Positions 25,295-38,869 are shown, counted from the stretch's first letter. The stretch is 64,000 nt of DNA from Octopus vulgaris (GCA_951406725.2 OX597819.1:41788001-41852000), one strand, 5' to 3'. Numbers and translations: made by a program. The notes: generated by a model from the letters alone, not told the origin.

Positions 25295-26559
25295 CTCTTT
25301 CACTATACCACTATCATTCAACTTCTTTTTTTCTTTGGACTTCAGTGTTCAGTCAACAGCAGTGAAGAATATTTGCGTTGTCGATTAACAAGAGTTCAAA
25401 ATAATCAATGCCGGTTCAACTTTGCCGTTTATTCTTCCAGTGTTGATTCAAGCCCTGGAATCGTTTTATTTTTATAATGGCATAATAAACTAAAACACTG
25501 ATAGAGCAATTGCGCACATTTTGAAAACGCAACATCGCATATTACCTTTCAATTAATGTGAAGGATTAACTCCAATTATTGTCTAAATCTATGTCGTTGA
25601 TATTGCTATATCCAAAGCTATAAATGAAATCCTTGGTAATTCTGAAGTAGGCTGTTTACCACTGTTTCAAAAAAATCCCAAAATACGAAGTCTAAAGAAT
25701 CCAATCGACAGTAAAATGGTTATTCTTAAAATAATTACTAGGCAAATAATGATCCAACGAAGGAACCTCCACGTTGTCACTCGATCTCCTAGAAATAGCA
25801 ATTGAATCTCCCTCAGATTACTCCCTAGAGTCTTAAGAAATTTATTCATTAGATAATTAAATCCTACATCTGTAAAAAAAAATAGATGAAGTGCTTTTTC
25901 AGCATAGGTTTGCCCAATCCAAACTGGCCTAGGACTACATAGCTGGGAAACTGGGTCGTAATCTAACGTGATTTTTTTCCCCCTAACATATGTAGCAGTA
26001 AGTTGAAGTTGGATTTAAGACTGCTCTGGAGCAATACTGTACAGTATTGCTCTATACAGTAGAATCCTGCATGTGTGAGTAGGAAATCTGACCAGCTAAG
26101 ATTATTCAAGGAATTCGAAATAATTTTAAAAATCCGTCTCTCGATGTTTAAAATCTAAAACGGAAAACAAACAAGAGAAATACCTCCAAGATCTGTTAAC
26201 CGAAATCCTTGGACACTGGAGATAGAACGGATACTTAAACCAAGAAAAATCTTTATCTGGTCAATGTTTTTGTAATTTTTCAATTACTCTTGTGTCGGTT
26301 TCACCAGAAATTACTAAAGATTAAGAGGCAGTAACAATGCTGCTCCCAGTGGACCCAGAATGCGAAGTTTCTTTTTAAATGATTAATTCCCTTAAAATGC
26401 ATTTGCCAATTTACTCCCTATTTATTTGTTTCATCGTTAATTTTAATGAAACCTCTCATTTCGTAAGATATCTAACTAGTTACAGATATTATACTGAAGA
26501 CTTATAAAAAAGAATAAAATAATTAGAATTTTGTAAACTACATTATTTTATTAAATTTG

Positions 26560-27110
26560 TCATGAAGACAATACATAGATTGGGTATCTTTGCGGGCTGG
26601 ACAAGACATTAATGAAATGAATGATAATGATACAATGATAAGGATGAGAGAAAACAGAAAGCGACCGCCGACCCTCTGCTTCTCTATAACATTGTTCTTT
26701 AACAATACATTAGATGAGGCAATGAACCTCTTACAATTCGTCTAAAATAACAATATTAATCATTACAAATATATACATATTTCGGCGCTAAGCCTATTCT
26801 TCTTCGCCTCCGAGCAGGCTATAAGCTGCCCATAGGTACTGCTCTGGATCCCGGTCGGGGTCCCCAAAATTGACTCTAAACAAGTCCTTCGTAAAAGAGC
26901 CCAACACCATGGACATGTTGTCCTCCGATATGACCTTCGCAGTCACCTGCGAAGGCCAACTTCTGCCTTCGGTCCAGGCTAAGGGCTCCTCCTTCAAGCC
27001 TTCTCGTTTCCTTAATATTGTTCCTTGAATTCTTTAACCTCAAGTTTGAATTTCTAACCCCGCTTCATGTTGTAAGGGGCTGGCTACTTTCCTTGTATTA
27101 ACTGTCATTG
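26560..27110 (-). mobile_element. 3' fragment of a LINE related to 4288-4568
   Basis: Shared 3' UTR block plus a short degraded ORF end (26794-26997). Confidence 0.5.
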
Positions 27111-27251
27111 CTAGATAGGAACGACATGCCTTTGAGCCGTTTAGTTATTTTGTAACAATGGAAATAAAGATTTCAGTTAATTTGATAACTTATCAAACGG
27201 TAAGAGAAATTTTTTCTCTGTATGTTTAAGATTTTTTTTTTAAATTTTCAG

Positions 27252-27405
27252 CGGACGAATTACAAATACAACGTGGTCACAAGTTCCAGCTTGGTCTACC
27301 GTCACCAATTCTGACTCTAACTAACTACATGTGTTTTGAGGGCAGTGATTTAATGTGGGGAAGATATTTCCGAACTGCTGGATACTACGCCTATATTTTA
27401 CTATG
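27252..27405 (+). CDS. DUOXA: DUOXA-like coding exon 5 (154 nt)
   Basis: ADELQIQRGHKFQLGLPSPILTLTNYMCFEGSDLMWGRYFRTAGYYAYILL carries the diagnostic GLP-x-PIL and WG..(Y/F)R.AGYY motifs; phase 1 to 2. Confidence 0.95.
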
Positions 27406-27492
27406 GTAAGTACCTTCTGTAAAGCTCCAATAGATTGCTCAGACTCCCTGTATCGTGTTATTTAATAAAAAAAATAATTTTAATTTTTCCAG

Positions 27493-27704
27493 TGCGACGC
27501 TCACCTTTTGGATAATAACAGTAATTTTAATGTGTTCGGTGGTCTTCTACGGTTCCGTGATGTTTCTGATTAGTGGACTCACCATGTGTATAACTGCAAT
27601 CGTTTATCACTTGCTTCAGCCACCGCATCCAATTCAGATACCTTTTGGTGAAGAAGTGCTCCGACTTAGTTATGGATGGTGTTTCTATCTTGTATTGGTA
27701 ACAG
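27493..27704 (+). CDS. DUOXA: DUOXA-like coding exon 6 (212 nt)
   Basis: CATLTFWIITVILMCSVVFYGSVMFLISG...IQIPFGEEVLRLSYGWCFYLVLVTG (TM3-5, YGWCF motif); phase 2 to 1. Confidence 0.95.
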
Positions 27705-27868
27705 GTAAGAAAATACTCTCACACGCTCTCTTTTCTTTTTCCCTCGCCTTTTATTTTTAAAATTGTTGGTTATTCTTTGTCATATCATATCTCGTCAAAG
27801 AATCGAATCTATAAACGCAAATTAACTATGTTTGAGAACATCATTTCGCTAAAGCGTCAATTTATGAC

Positions 27869-28231
27869 TTAACCTCTTTAATCACGGATAAAAAAGTAAA
27901 ACGGTTTTTAATTTTTTATTTATGCCAAAATACAGGTAACACATTGAATAAATTTTGAAAGAATTCAATGTGCTTAATTTCTGGCCTGGATAGATAAAAA
28001 TTTTACTAACATTCGATAAAGAAATATACCTATTTACTTAAATCTATGATTTACGCGAACACGCAGCCATCCTCTATGACGCGAGCAAGCACAGTCAGAA
28101 TCACGTGGTCTTGGTTATGTTTTAGAGGTGTCCAATGAATTGGTGATTGTGACTCAACTTTATTTATATTTTTTTTGTAATTTATGCTGAAAAATTTCCA
28201 ATACATTGTATAAAGTGACTGAAGGGGTTAA
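27869..28231. mobile_element. piggyBac-type MITE
   Basis: TTAA at both ends with imperfect TIRs CCTCTTTAATCAC / GTGACTGAAGGGG. Confidence 0.6.
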
Positions 28232-28717
28232 TGCATATTTTAATTTCTTGTGTGTCTGCTTTGATCCATACAGACTTCGTTCACAGACTCTTTAAGCCCA
28301 TCTGTCTAGGTTAGTTATTCCTACACTCACACTATCCATTGTGTTGTTGTACGAATCCATCCATACCTAAACAAAATTTATTGAAAGTACTACAGAAGTC
28401 AGAAACTGCCTGGCATTCTGCTTGCATTATTCTACAAGCAGAAAACAGAATCTTTTACTTGTTCCAGTCATCAGACTGCGGCGGCCATGCTGAGGCTCTG
28501 CCTTGAAATATTTAGTCGAATAAATATATTCCCAGTATTTTTCTTTTAAAGTTTGCTATATTTTGCCGAACAATTAAATTAAGGGGATATAAACAAACCA
28601 ACACCATATGTCAAGCAGTGGACATACGTACACACATATACACACACACACGACAGGCTTCCACACGGTTTCTGCCAACCAAATTTACTCACAAAGCATT
28701 GGTTGGCAGGGGTCTAT

Positions 28718-28790
<73 letters not shown>

Positions 28791-28849
28791 ACTTTATTCT
28801 GCTAACCTAGTTCCGAAATTCAATTACAATACAATATTTCTCTTTCAAG

Positions 28850-28983
28850 GTATTATTATTTCTGCGATCGGTTTGTTCTTCGTGGCATTGAATGCTTTTG
28901 ATCCAAACAGATTGCACTGCTTATTCGGTTTTGAGAATGAAGAAGACGCCGAGGAAATGTACAATGCCGATGGATATAATCGG
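28850..28983 (+). CDS. DUOXA: DUOXA-like coding exon 7 (134 nt)
   Basis: GIIISAIGLFFVALNAFDPNRLHCLFGFENEEDAEEMYNADGYNR (end of TM5 + acidic tail); AAG acceptor, GTAACT donor, phase 1 to 0. Confidence 0.88.
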
Positions 28984-31712
28984 GTAACTAAAATATTTTT
29001 CTTAAATTATATTTTCTTATTTGGAGATAGAAAGGCATGGGCCAAGACTGTAGAATGTCAGCTTAGGGATTGTTCATATTCCATCACATTCTCACAAGGA
29101 ACACCGTATGCTAAAAAGTTCCTGACTTTGAGGGTGTCGCGAAAGGCCTGGCTGGAGGTTCAACATTGCGAGTTCTTTTACAGGACTTAGAAAAACTGAA
29201 GTACCGCTGCAATAAGTGTGAATTAGAGAGGGAAATATGTTGAATAAAATCATTAACTGGTCCTCCTGCATTTTCTTTGACCCAAAACCAGGAACTTTTC
29301 AGCACCCACTTCGTATGCTGGTATACAAGACGCGTTATTTTATTAAATGTAACAAAATTGTCATGCTTGTCATGTGACCGTATTACGGACGGGACATAGA
29401 GTATGAGTGTATGATGAAACGTTAAATTTGTGAGGCGGGGATATACACTTTTCGCAAAAGAGTTTCTTTCGTGCAAGAGTGCGTCTTATAAGACCGGCAA
29501 ACACAGTAGGTTCCTTTTAAAATGTCCAAGCAGCAAGAAAGCCATGTTTTGAGGAGTGGCGGAGTTGGGCTCAGCTAGCATATCACCAAAATAACACCAT
29601 TTTGAGAACTCTTAAACAGAAACCAACGAAGGAGCCTCTGCCGGGTTGCTTGATCTTCCATGAATAGCAGCCAGGCATATTTAAAATTGTATCCTGATCA
29701 AGCAGACATATGATCAAAACTTTCTAACCACGACCATTCCGTCTTTTACTCAGTCTCAGAGAATATTATTATCCGATTGCTAAATGCTTGCAGTTTACTC
29801 TTGTGTTACGGGTATACATGCATGTACACACAATGTACGTATATATTATAGCCCTCAATCGCAGGCAGTATAACTTGGTACTTAATTGTGTTAGGAGCTT
29901 GTGTAGGTACCGGCAAACGTAGACATCTTGTTGGCCCACCCACCCAGCGGAATATCAAGAAAGAGATAACTGAGTGGGGAAAGAAGTCTCGGCATTTGGC
30001 TAGCACTCTTTTTCACCTGAGCAGACAGGAGCAACATGAAATGAAGTACCTTCCTCAAGGGTTACACTATGACACCAGATCCAGGACTTCGACCTCATGA
30101 CTTCGACAAACCAACAACACTAGGCCACACACAAAGTGACAAAACTAGACTGCTTTATAGATTTGGTGTCGCTTCACACCACTTTACGCTGCAGCCTACC
30201 GAAACGTCTGCCAGTTTTATATTGACATACTGTATCTCTGAAAGGCACTTCGTAGTTAAGTGGATTGGGCTAGGTATCAACTGTCTTCAGAAAGTAAGCA
30301 TCAGTGACCACAGCATTTCTCACTGTTAACTTTGAGGAAACTCTGTACGGTTGAACATCTAGCAATTTACCATTAAGTTAACATAATGGTTCTGATCTAT
30401 TTACAGCACCAAGCACCACCATCTTTTCACTGAAAGATATTTTATTAAACGCTACTCCCCATATTTTGTAAAACAGCAGATTTTGTGCAATGGTTCTCAT
30501 TCAGAATGTGCCTCTTTATTCTTTTGTTTGTCATTTGACTGCAACCATGCTGGAGCACCACCTTGAAGGGTTTTAGTTGAAAAAATCGAGGACTTATTTT
30601 TTAAACCAGGTACTTATTCTATCGGAATTTTTTGCCAAACCACTAAGTTACACACCAACATGTATTGTCAAGCGGTGATGGGAAAACACACGACGAGCTT
30701 CTTAGTTTCCGACTACCAAATGCACTCACAGGGCTTTGGTCGGTCCGAGGCTATAGTAAAATACACTTGCTGAAGGTGCCACGCAGTGGGACTGAATCCA
30801 GGACTATGTGGTTGAGAAGCAAGCTTCTTACCACCTAGCCACGCCTGCGCCTCTAGAAATTCTTTTTTTTTTATGGAAATTACAATAGGAGGTGAGGACT
30901 TGTATATGGAAACTGTACTGGACCTTCGTGCTTCATCGGTCATATTTCTGCTAACACAACGTCCTATTGCCATTCTAATCCCAACATAGATTTTTTAAAA
31001 TGTACTTAAAATAAAATTATACCTGGTTTGAACAATTTCAAAATATTTTCAAGTAACATAACGACAGTCTAAATATCGTCGCTTCTTTGACATTTACTGC
31101 CCCTCGTGATCTCTCAACGATCTCAATAGGGTACTACTGCCCAAGTTAAAAACTTCTGAGCTCGCACTTTTTTTCTCTCTCTCTTTTGATAAACAATTTT
31201 CAGTAATATCAGAGCTTGTAACTCTTCAATAAATAGCAAAGTCAGAGAATTTACTCAGTGCAAACAATACATATTTGCTGAAATAGTTTTTGTCAGTTAC
31301 AAGTTGGTAGCAAATAATGACATTAAAAAATTCGGATGTAATTTTTCTAAATTAGTTCTGCAGTAACTTCACCTATTTATTTTATTGTCCTCGGCAACAG
31401 TTGAAAGTTTATTTCTTTTCATATTTATGCTAACGAAACCTTATCGTTTGTATATATCCAGACATTTTTTGTTATTAACTCGTAATATTTGCAACAGAAT
31501 AAGAGGTACGTAGCGTCAATAATTAAATATACCACAGCTGATTCGGTTATTAATCTTTAAAGGAAAAGCATTTATGTTCGAATATTTGTAGTTGAAGCTT
31601 GAGGATAGAGTGTAGATTCATTAAAGTAGTTTTTCAAGTAAAAACATTTCGACCTTAATTCCGCCACTCTCAAACTATAGATTTACAACAAAAGTAGAGG
31701 ATATATAAAGTA

Positions 31713-31946
31713 CATTTCTTTATTGCCCACAAGACGCTAAACATAGAGGGGGCAAGCAAGGACAGACAAACGGATTAAGTCGATTACCTCAACCCCAGTG
31801 CGAAACTGGTTCTTTATTTATCGATCCCGAAAGGATGAAAGGCAAAGTCAACCTCAACGGAATTTGAATTCAGAACGTAACTGCAGACGAAATACGGCTA
31901 CGCATTTCGCCCGGCGTGCTAACGTTTCTGCCAGCTCGCCGCCTTA
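31713..31946 (-). mobile_element. Full-length family A SINE with 15-bp TSD
   Basis: TSD AGGATATATAAAGTA at 31698-31712 and 31947-31961; tail TCTATGTTTAG...GTGGGCAATAAAGAAAT. Confidence 0.92.
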
Positions 31947-32059
31947 AGGATATATAAAGTAGCCACCTTCGCAAGTGTCTGGGTTTACCACGCAGTGTAA
32001 GCACTTAGCGCTGTATGGAAGCAGCAACAAGTTCAGTCCTTGGAGAAATTCATGGTAAG

Positions 32060-32930
32060 CCTGGTACCAGAACACCTTCAGTGCCCCAATTTTAGAGACA
32101 CCGAAGTGTTTGACGTAGGGGTTGCAGTAAGAATAGGAAATAGAAGGCGGTAGTACACCTGAAACGCAGTCCTCCTTAGGAGAGTTGCACAGGGCATGGT
32201 CGGATTCAGAAGTTCAACAGATCCAATATGACGCAGATAGCAGAGGCGGAATGTGGTGCAAAGGATCAGTGGAGAAAGAGCAAGCAGAGGAAACAAGGTA
32301 CCTCGATAAAGTGGGAACAGATGATGGAGCGGAATATCCCCTGGAAAGACAATCCGAAAGTAGAACCCATAGTTAAGTCCTTGATCCACGCAGATCTATG
32401 GTGTCCTCGCCAGTTTTATTTTCTAACCTATTTTCATAAGACTCGTTGAAAACCTCAGCATGCTTTATGAGGTCTGAGACAAGCACTCCGAAGCACACTT
32501 TTAGTAGCTGCTCGAAGGTACTGAGTGAAGGACACTAACTATCTCTAGACATGATCAGGTCGTGAAGACCGTAGCTCAAGCAGTCAGTAAGATCAGTGAC
32601 AGCAAGGAAGAAGAGAAGCCAACGAAAAGAGCCAAGAGCAGCTTCGAGAGAGTAATTTCCACAGAACGGGATTAGATTATGAAAGTTGATCTGGCGAAAC
32701 GGCTAAAGTTTTCAGCGCATATCACCCAGACCTCCTCAAAACCAAATACCTTGGTTTCCAGGGCAACAAAGCAGTTAATCCTTCTGGAATTAACTGTGCC
32801 CTGGTAGGAGAGAACGGAGGAAGTTCATGAGAGGAGAGCCAAATACAAAGAGTTCGTAGAGGACTATCGCTAGCGAGAATGGGCAACGAACAAGGTTTTT
32901 GCAAGTGGAAAATGATAGTCGAGGGTTTTA
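32060..32930 (+). mobile_element. HERO-type RLE LINE 3' fragment, degraded
   Basis: Frameshifted motifs SKQRKQG..IKWE...R.I.W, RHDQV, MKVDL, KQLILLELTVP and EEVHERRAKYKE (PD-(D/E)xK endonuclease region). Confidence 0.75.
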
Positions 32931-34620
32931 TATATATATATATATATATATACACATACATATATAAAGGTCATAATTCTTCTTTGGTATGTAATACTTT
33001 GAACAACCCGATGATATTTTGGGTTGCTTCAAAACCTTTCGGAGGAAGTACTGAAGTTTCCTTGATGCGATGTTTAACTGAGGAAATGTTATTTTTATTA
33101 TTTCAACTTTTTCATACCTTCAGGGTCGATAATTTTCCAAATGCTTTATTACTAGACTTGCCACCACGATATGGCGCCACCTCGAAGGGTTGAAGTCCAT
33201 TGTATTTATCCCCTAGTACAGTCTGGTACTCGTTCAGGGTCTGGTACTCATTTCTGGTACTCGTTCAGAGTCTGCTACTCATTTTAGCGATCTTTTCGTC
33301 GCATTGCAAAATTACGAGACATAATGTAGTTTTTAAACGGCATTAGAGTGTGTTAAATATACAGGCAAGTGCATTTATATACATGTATATATAGATTTAT
33401 GTAAGTGTATGCATATACAAAAGTTTTCATGTATCTACGTATTTTTTAAGTTGTCGACATAGTCATCCTGAAATGCATAAACACGCATGCATATATATTT
33501 ACATGCGCATATGTTCGTGCGTTTCATAATTGTGTGTGTGTGCGTGTGTCACCGTGACCGACAAGGGCTATCAGATGTTGCTACACATCGCTGGTCACAA
33601 TGCGCTTTGCATTGTTTTAGCCTTCAAATGACACCACCCCGCTGGCTAAGCGAGCAGGCCAACAGAAGAGTGAGAGAAAGTTGTGGCGAAAGAGTACAGC
33701 AGGGATCGCCACCACCACCCTGCCGGGGACTCGTGGAGCTTTAGGTGTTTTCGCTCAATAAACACTCACAACGCCCGGACTGGGAATCGAAACCGCGAGT
33801 CCGTTGCCCTAACCACTTTGTATTTATATATTTATATTTACATAGCATAATACACACACACACACACTCACTCACTCTCTCTCTCTCATACAATTGTGTA
33901 TGTAATCATTTGGAAAAACGTATGCAGTATGATAGTGTGAATATACTGCTTTTGCATGTTTAGGTTCTGGTGATTTAATTTGGTTAATATTTTAAAGTCT
34001 TTGCGTCATGGTTTATGCAAATAGTTTAGCAGTTAAAGATTCGAATCATTAGTGTTACTGAACTTCATAGTTTTCAAAAATGCCTGAAAGAAAATTGAAG
34101 GAATTTGAATCTGAACACCATACCAAGAATATTTTATTAGTTTCAATTAATAAGTTGACTAGTGCACTTGTCTATATTAAATACGAGTTTTGTAAAATCT
34201 CAATTTTGCTAGTGGCTTTCTCGGGATTAGTTTTTGATATTCGAAATAAATTAAAAACTATTGCTTGCTTAATTGTTCTTCGAACGCAGATATGGTAATC
34301 GCTTTGTATGTCACAGGAAACCAACAAATTCACAACGCATTCGGGTCATTGGTGCAAGCAATCCAGGGATACCGGTGTCTCGACATGTTGACTCCTCAGC
34401 CAGAAGCACGCCCGGATCTTTGAGCCTAAAAAAGAGCGGGTGGGTGCTTTGTTTAAAATTTAGTCACTGTTCATATTTCGTTGAAACTAATATCTGTTAA
34501 CATTAAATTTCATGTGGACATGAAGGCAATGAAAGACTATAAATGAGCAATTAGATCATTTGGAATTCAAACTTGTCTCTAACATTTGTGGGCCATTTAG
34601 CAAATTCAAATATAACTTAA

Positions 34621-35133
34621 CTAGCAGTATCGCCCGGCTTTGCTCGGGTTTGTAAGGGAAATAACTATATAAGCATTTTTAGAGTTACTTCCCTTATAGA
34701 TGCCAATTCGGGCTTTCTTAGCCATTTCTGTTTTGGTGTCTTCAAGCCATGAAGTCGTTGTTCTAAAAGAACGCTGGTCTCCTTGACAACGCATTACGAC
34801 GTTGATTTCCTTACACTCCCTTCCCCACAGCTTCACGAGGGAGGGAAGAAGGGGAGAAGCAACACAGGTGCAGGTGTTTGAGCGTGGAGGCCAACTCCGC
34901 CGCCATCGACACACGAAAAAATATGCATTAAAATGGAATAAAAAATGATGTTAAATTATTTTTAAAATCGTAGACTCATCGTAGACGCGCACTAATACCC
35001 AGACGGGCTCGATATGAATCACGACTATAAGATACCCGAATTTGGTTAAACTGCACCGCAAAATGTGGGAGTAGTTAGGAATCTAAATCGAAGGGGACAG
35101 ACACTCACACAACTACAGTTTTATATATATAGA
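34621..35133 (-). mobile_element. Non-autonomous Helitron
   Basis: On the minus strand it starts A|TC (TCTATATATATAAAA), ends with hairpin CCCGAGCAAAGCCGGG followed by CGATACTGCTAG|T, and has no TSD. Confidence 0.85.
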
Positions 35134-35171
35134 TAAATCAAGGTTGTATTATTTTCTATTTTTATTTTCAG

Positions 35172-35447
35172 AAAAATGAACTCGCTCTTAATGGTAGTGT
35201 AAACTTGGGCTATAGTGCAGAAATGAAGATATGTAAACCAATAGAAAATCAAGCAAGTGAACCAAACTTAAATCTAGTCAATAATTCGCTGAATAAACGT
35301 ATAACACATCCGAGTAGCTCGAACACGTTTTCTACACCAAACTCACTTGACAGGAGTCGAGATAATACCCAAGAAATAAATGACAAACTCAGTCCAAACG
35401 GAGATTTTAGTCACGTTGTTGTCGTAAATGAAAATGAACATCTCTGA
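35172..35447 (+). CDS. DUOXA: DUOXA-like terminal coding exon 8 (cytoplasmic tail)
   Basis: TTTTCAG acceptor; phase 0 gives an open frame KNELALNGSVNLGYSAEM...VVVNENEHL*. Several AATAAA signals follow (about 36045-36480). The tail is poorly conserved, so this exon is less certain. Confidence 0.65.
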   Translation, partial: KNELALNGSVNLGYSAEMKICKPIENQASEPNLNLVNNSLNKRITHPSSSNTFSTPNSLDRSRDNTQEINDKLSPNGDFSHVVVVNENEHL

Positions 35448-38400
35448 AAATGTAATTGCTTTATTTCGAAAACTTCGTACAAAATCACTAAATCTCAAAA
35501 TTATAATTCAAGGAACCAGTAAGGACTATTGGCTTCCATCTTCCTTCAAAAACAAATTATACAAAACATAGTTTTCCAACCTGTTAATATAATTTTAGTT
35601 TGTTTTGAAGGAAGATGGAAGTATTAAAGAGTAATTGCCTTTCTAGGTTTTACTAGAATGTTTTTAAAATATGATCTGAGAATTCATACCATTTCAAAAT
35701 TTTTTTTTTTTTTTTTTTAATTTGAACGCCTTATCTTTCAGTAATTTCTTGTATTACTATTTACTGGCTCGTTAAGAAGCTTCATATATGAGTATATCCA
35801 AAACAAAAACAAAAAAACGGTAAGTTTCAGTTTGAATGCATCTAGCCTCGATACGCGTGTTAATTTTATTCTTGGAAGACGGCAAGGTGGCAGAATCATT
35901 AGTCAATCTCTTGGATCGTAAAAAAACACTGAAAGAAACCCTAAGTTCAAATAGCGCCGAGGTCGACTTTATGCCCCTCATTGTGTTGTAATAGAAATAT
36001 AAAAAAAAACAATCTTGTTTCTGGATAATATCTTCTGCAAATTAAATAAAGTGAAATCGATCATTCTACATAATTTTTCTTTTAATAAACTGTTTCTGGC
36101 ATGCAACAGTGAAAAGTGTCTTTAAATAACTAGAACATTTTAACTGATTTTGAAAGAGAAATTAAATCTTACAGTAATATGCAACTTTTGGCTTATCTAA
36201 GCGTGAACAGGCTTCGAAAATTGATTTAATAAACTGTTGAAGCTTGAACTTCTGATTTAAGTAAGAATGTATAAATATCAAACGGAAAATCATTTATATA
36301 TATTTATGGTTTCCATACAAAATTTACAAAATAAATACACGCTTTGAATATCTCTTTGCTAAGATGCAAGTACATACTTACGAAACCATTTCTCATACTC
36401 CGTGAGTGTTATATTTTATTTTATAATCAACAAAGATATGTTCTTAAATTTGCTGACTTCATTACAAATTTGAAATAAACATTTCAGTTTTTAGTTTGTT
36501 TGTTTTTTTCTAAATTATACTATCACTTGTTAAATACTAAACGAAAGAGTACGTTCGGTCCTCCGAAAGGCCTCTGGAGTAACGCTACTCGACAGCGTAC
36601 GTAACTCGGAGGTTAGGTAATCTCTCCAGGTCGGGTAGCTACCTCTCTGCATTTAGAGGTTATAGCTCCGGTATTACAGACATGTGATTAGAATGATTCA
36701 AGCCGAGATAACCGGTAAGAGACTTAGTAGACAAAGAATGAGCAGGTTGAATAATAGCCAGTCTCATTTGGAGGCCACCCGGAAAGTATGACGGTTGCTT
36801 CTAGTACGAAGTGGTGTCTGAGGACTCTACCCCCACCCCCATGACCTTTTCAGGAACAGCGGGCAGAGAAACAGGATGGTTAGATGTTTATATTTGCTAA
36901 TTGTTCAACCAGTTGTCTTTAAAAAAAAGAAAAACATAATTTGACATTTTGCAGAGTATATTTGGAATACTGCAGTCTGTTAGAAATATTGAGCAGATGA
37001 CTTGATCGAACAACTCAGCCTGAATGTCTACAACAGTGCAGTCTCCAATTTGAGAATAATTTGGTCCCTCCAATCAATCTGGGAAAGCCCTGCAAGAAGA
37101 TCATGGGGCTTTTTTCTTTGCAGACAGACATTTCGTTTGTTCTTCCGCTTAACGTCCATTTTGGGGTGCTTGTATTTTTTGTTTTTATAATCAGTGTTTT
37201 TTTACAGCCTCGTGATCTTTCCACTGCTAACCCTTACTTGTATTTCAAGTAAGGGAGTTTTCATCCCACTTATCTTCGAACGTGCAGTGTTACCGGATGA
37301 TTTAAGGAAGGTGGCAACAGAGAGTCCCGTCCGTTTCCATACCAGTACAGAATCCAAGTAAACACATGCATACGACAAACCTTGTACAACTTCCGTTTAC
37401 CAAATTCACTCACAAAACACTGGTCTGTATGGGGCTATGGCCAGAAAAATAAGATACAATACAATGGGACCAAACCCAAATAAAAGAATGGCTTTCATTC
37501 TATAAAATTGAAACAGATATATACATTTCTTGGTGAAATTTTGCCCAGTTTCACGGCGAATCTTTATATTCTTGATTAGAAGTAAAGTCGTAGGGTTTCC
37601 ACCAACTTGAAAACTTCAAAACTTTCTGTCGCTGAACTTCAAATTTCTCATTTCGGCCTTTACGGAAAAGATAAGGATCCGCGTCAATCATACCTCCAAT
37701 AATTTCCTGTATTAGAAAAGTAGAGAACAAACAACAGACGTTATTAAAATACTTAGAAAATAAAATTGAGTATACATACAGATCATACTGGCATGCGAGT
37801 GTGGTGGTTATGGTATTTTGCGAAGGCGCCTGGCCGAGTGGTTAAAGTATTTGAGCTCACGGCCATAGATTATGAGTTCCATTCTTGGACTGAGTGGTGC
37901 GTTGTGGTTTTGAGGAAGGTGTATTTCCTCTCAAGTTGCTCCAATCTACTCAGTTGAAAATGAGTACCAGCTTAATACTTGTACAGCCGTCTCTCCATGT
38001 AACTGACACGTTTTTAAAAAGCTGTTCCGTTAATGGGTTTAACTGGAACCCTCGTCGTCGTAACCGACGGAGTACCGGTAAGTAGCATTAAAGTAATTCC
38101 GACGGATCAACAATGGGAGGACTGAGAGGATATGTTACCTGAATCGCACTCGCTTACGAGTGGCGGCTGTGCTTAGTTCTAAAAGAGAATCAATAAACAA
38201 TGAATGTTTTCAACGAGAAAGGATTTTATTTTTTCAAACACTTGAGTAAAAGTTTACTTGGCCGAGCTTTTATTGTTATTTTTCATTTGCTAGAAATTCA
38301 TTTTAGTTAATCAATTAGAGTGGCAAGCTTTAAGAAAAGTTCGTTTTTATCGCAGTACTGTTGACTTATATCGTCATCAGTGGAATTTATAGATTTTTGT

Positions 38401-38821
38401 ATCTGACACCAGTTGGCTGGAAAAATGAGTGTCACAAACAGAGAAGGCGAGACAGAGATAGAAACAAGCAAACAAGGGAGCGGGGGCTGAAAGATTGCAT
38501 TTATTCAACAGAAAATTGACTACACAGAAAACGTTTCGTTTTGTTTTTACTAGTTTCCTCTAGAGAAAAGGGCTCAACTAATGGACACTGATGCGGTTAA
38601 TGTTGCCAGTCGATAGCTGCAGAGAAAGTGTATACAAGAGAGAAATTTCGGAATCAGGGAGGGGGACGATATTCTAGGTAAGTATTGGATAATGAAGTTA
38701 GAACAGAAACTGAGAAGAGAATAAAATATTGATTATATATATATATATATATATATAAGAATTTTTTGCGTAATACGATAAAAAAAAACAAGGCTGTATA
38801 GATATTAGAGCATTTATAGAT

Positions 38822-38869
38822 GTCTTACAGCTGTTTCAAGGATATTAATAATATCCCTTCATCGGAGAC
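38822..38869 (-). ncRNA. Minimal type I hammerhead ribozyme motif (U4C core variant)
   Basis: Minus strand: GUCU-CCGAUGA-AGGGAUAUU(AUU)AAUAUCCUU-GAAA-CAGCUG-UA^AGAC. Confidence 0.7.

Noticed and set aside
34290-34443. Possible extra DUOXA exon (RKPTNSQRIRVIGASNPG...)
   Set aside because: Both candidate acceptors (34289, 34316) need phase 2 for the open frame, but exon 7 ends in phase 0, which gives early stops. Not supportable without RNA data, though an alternative terminal exon is not excluded.
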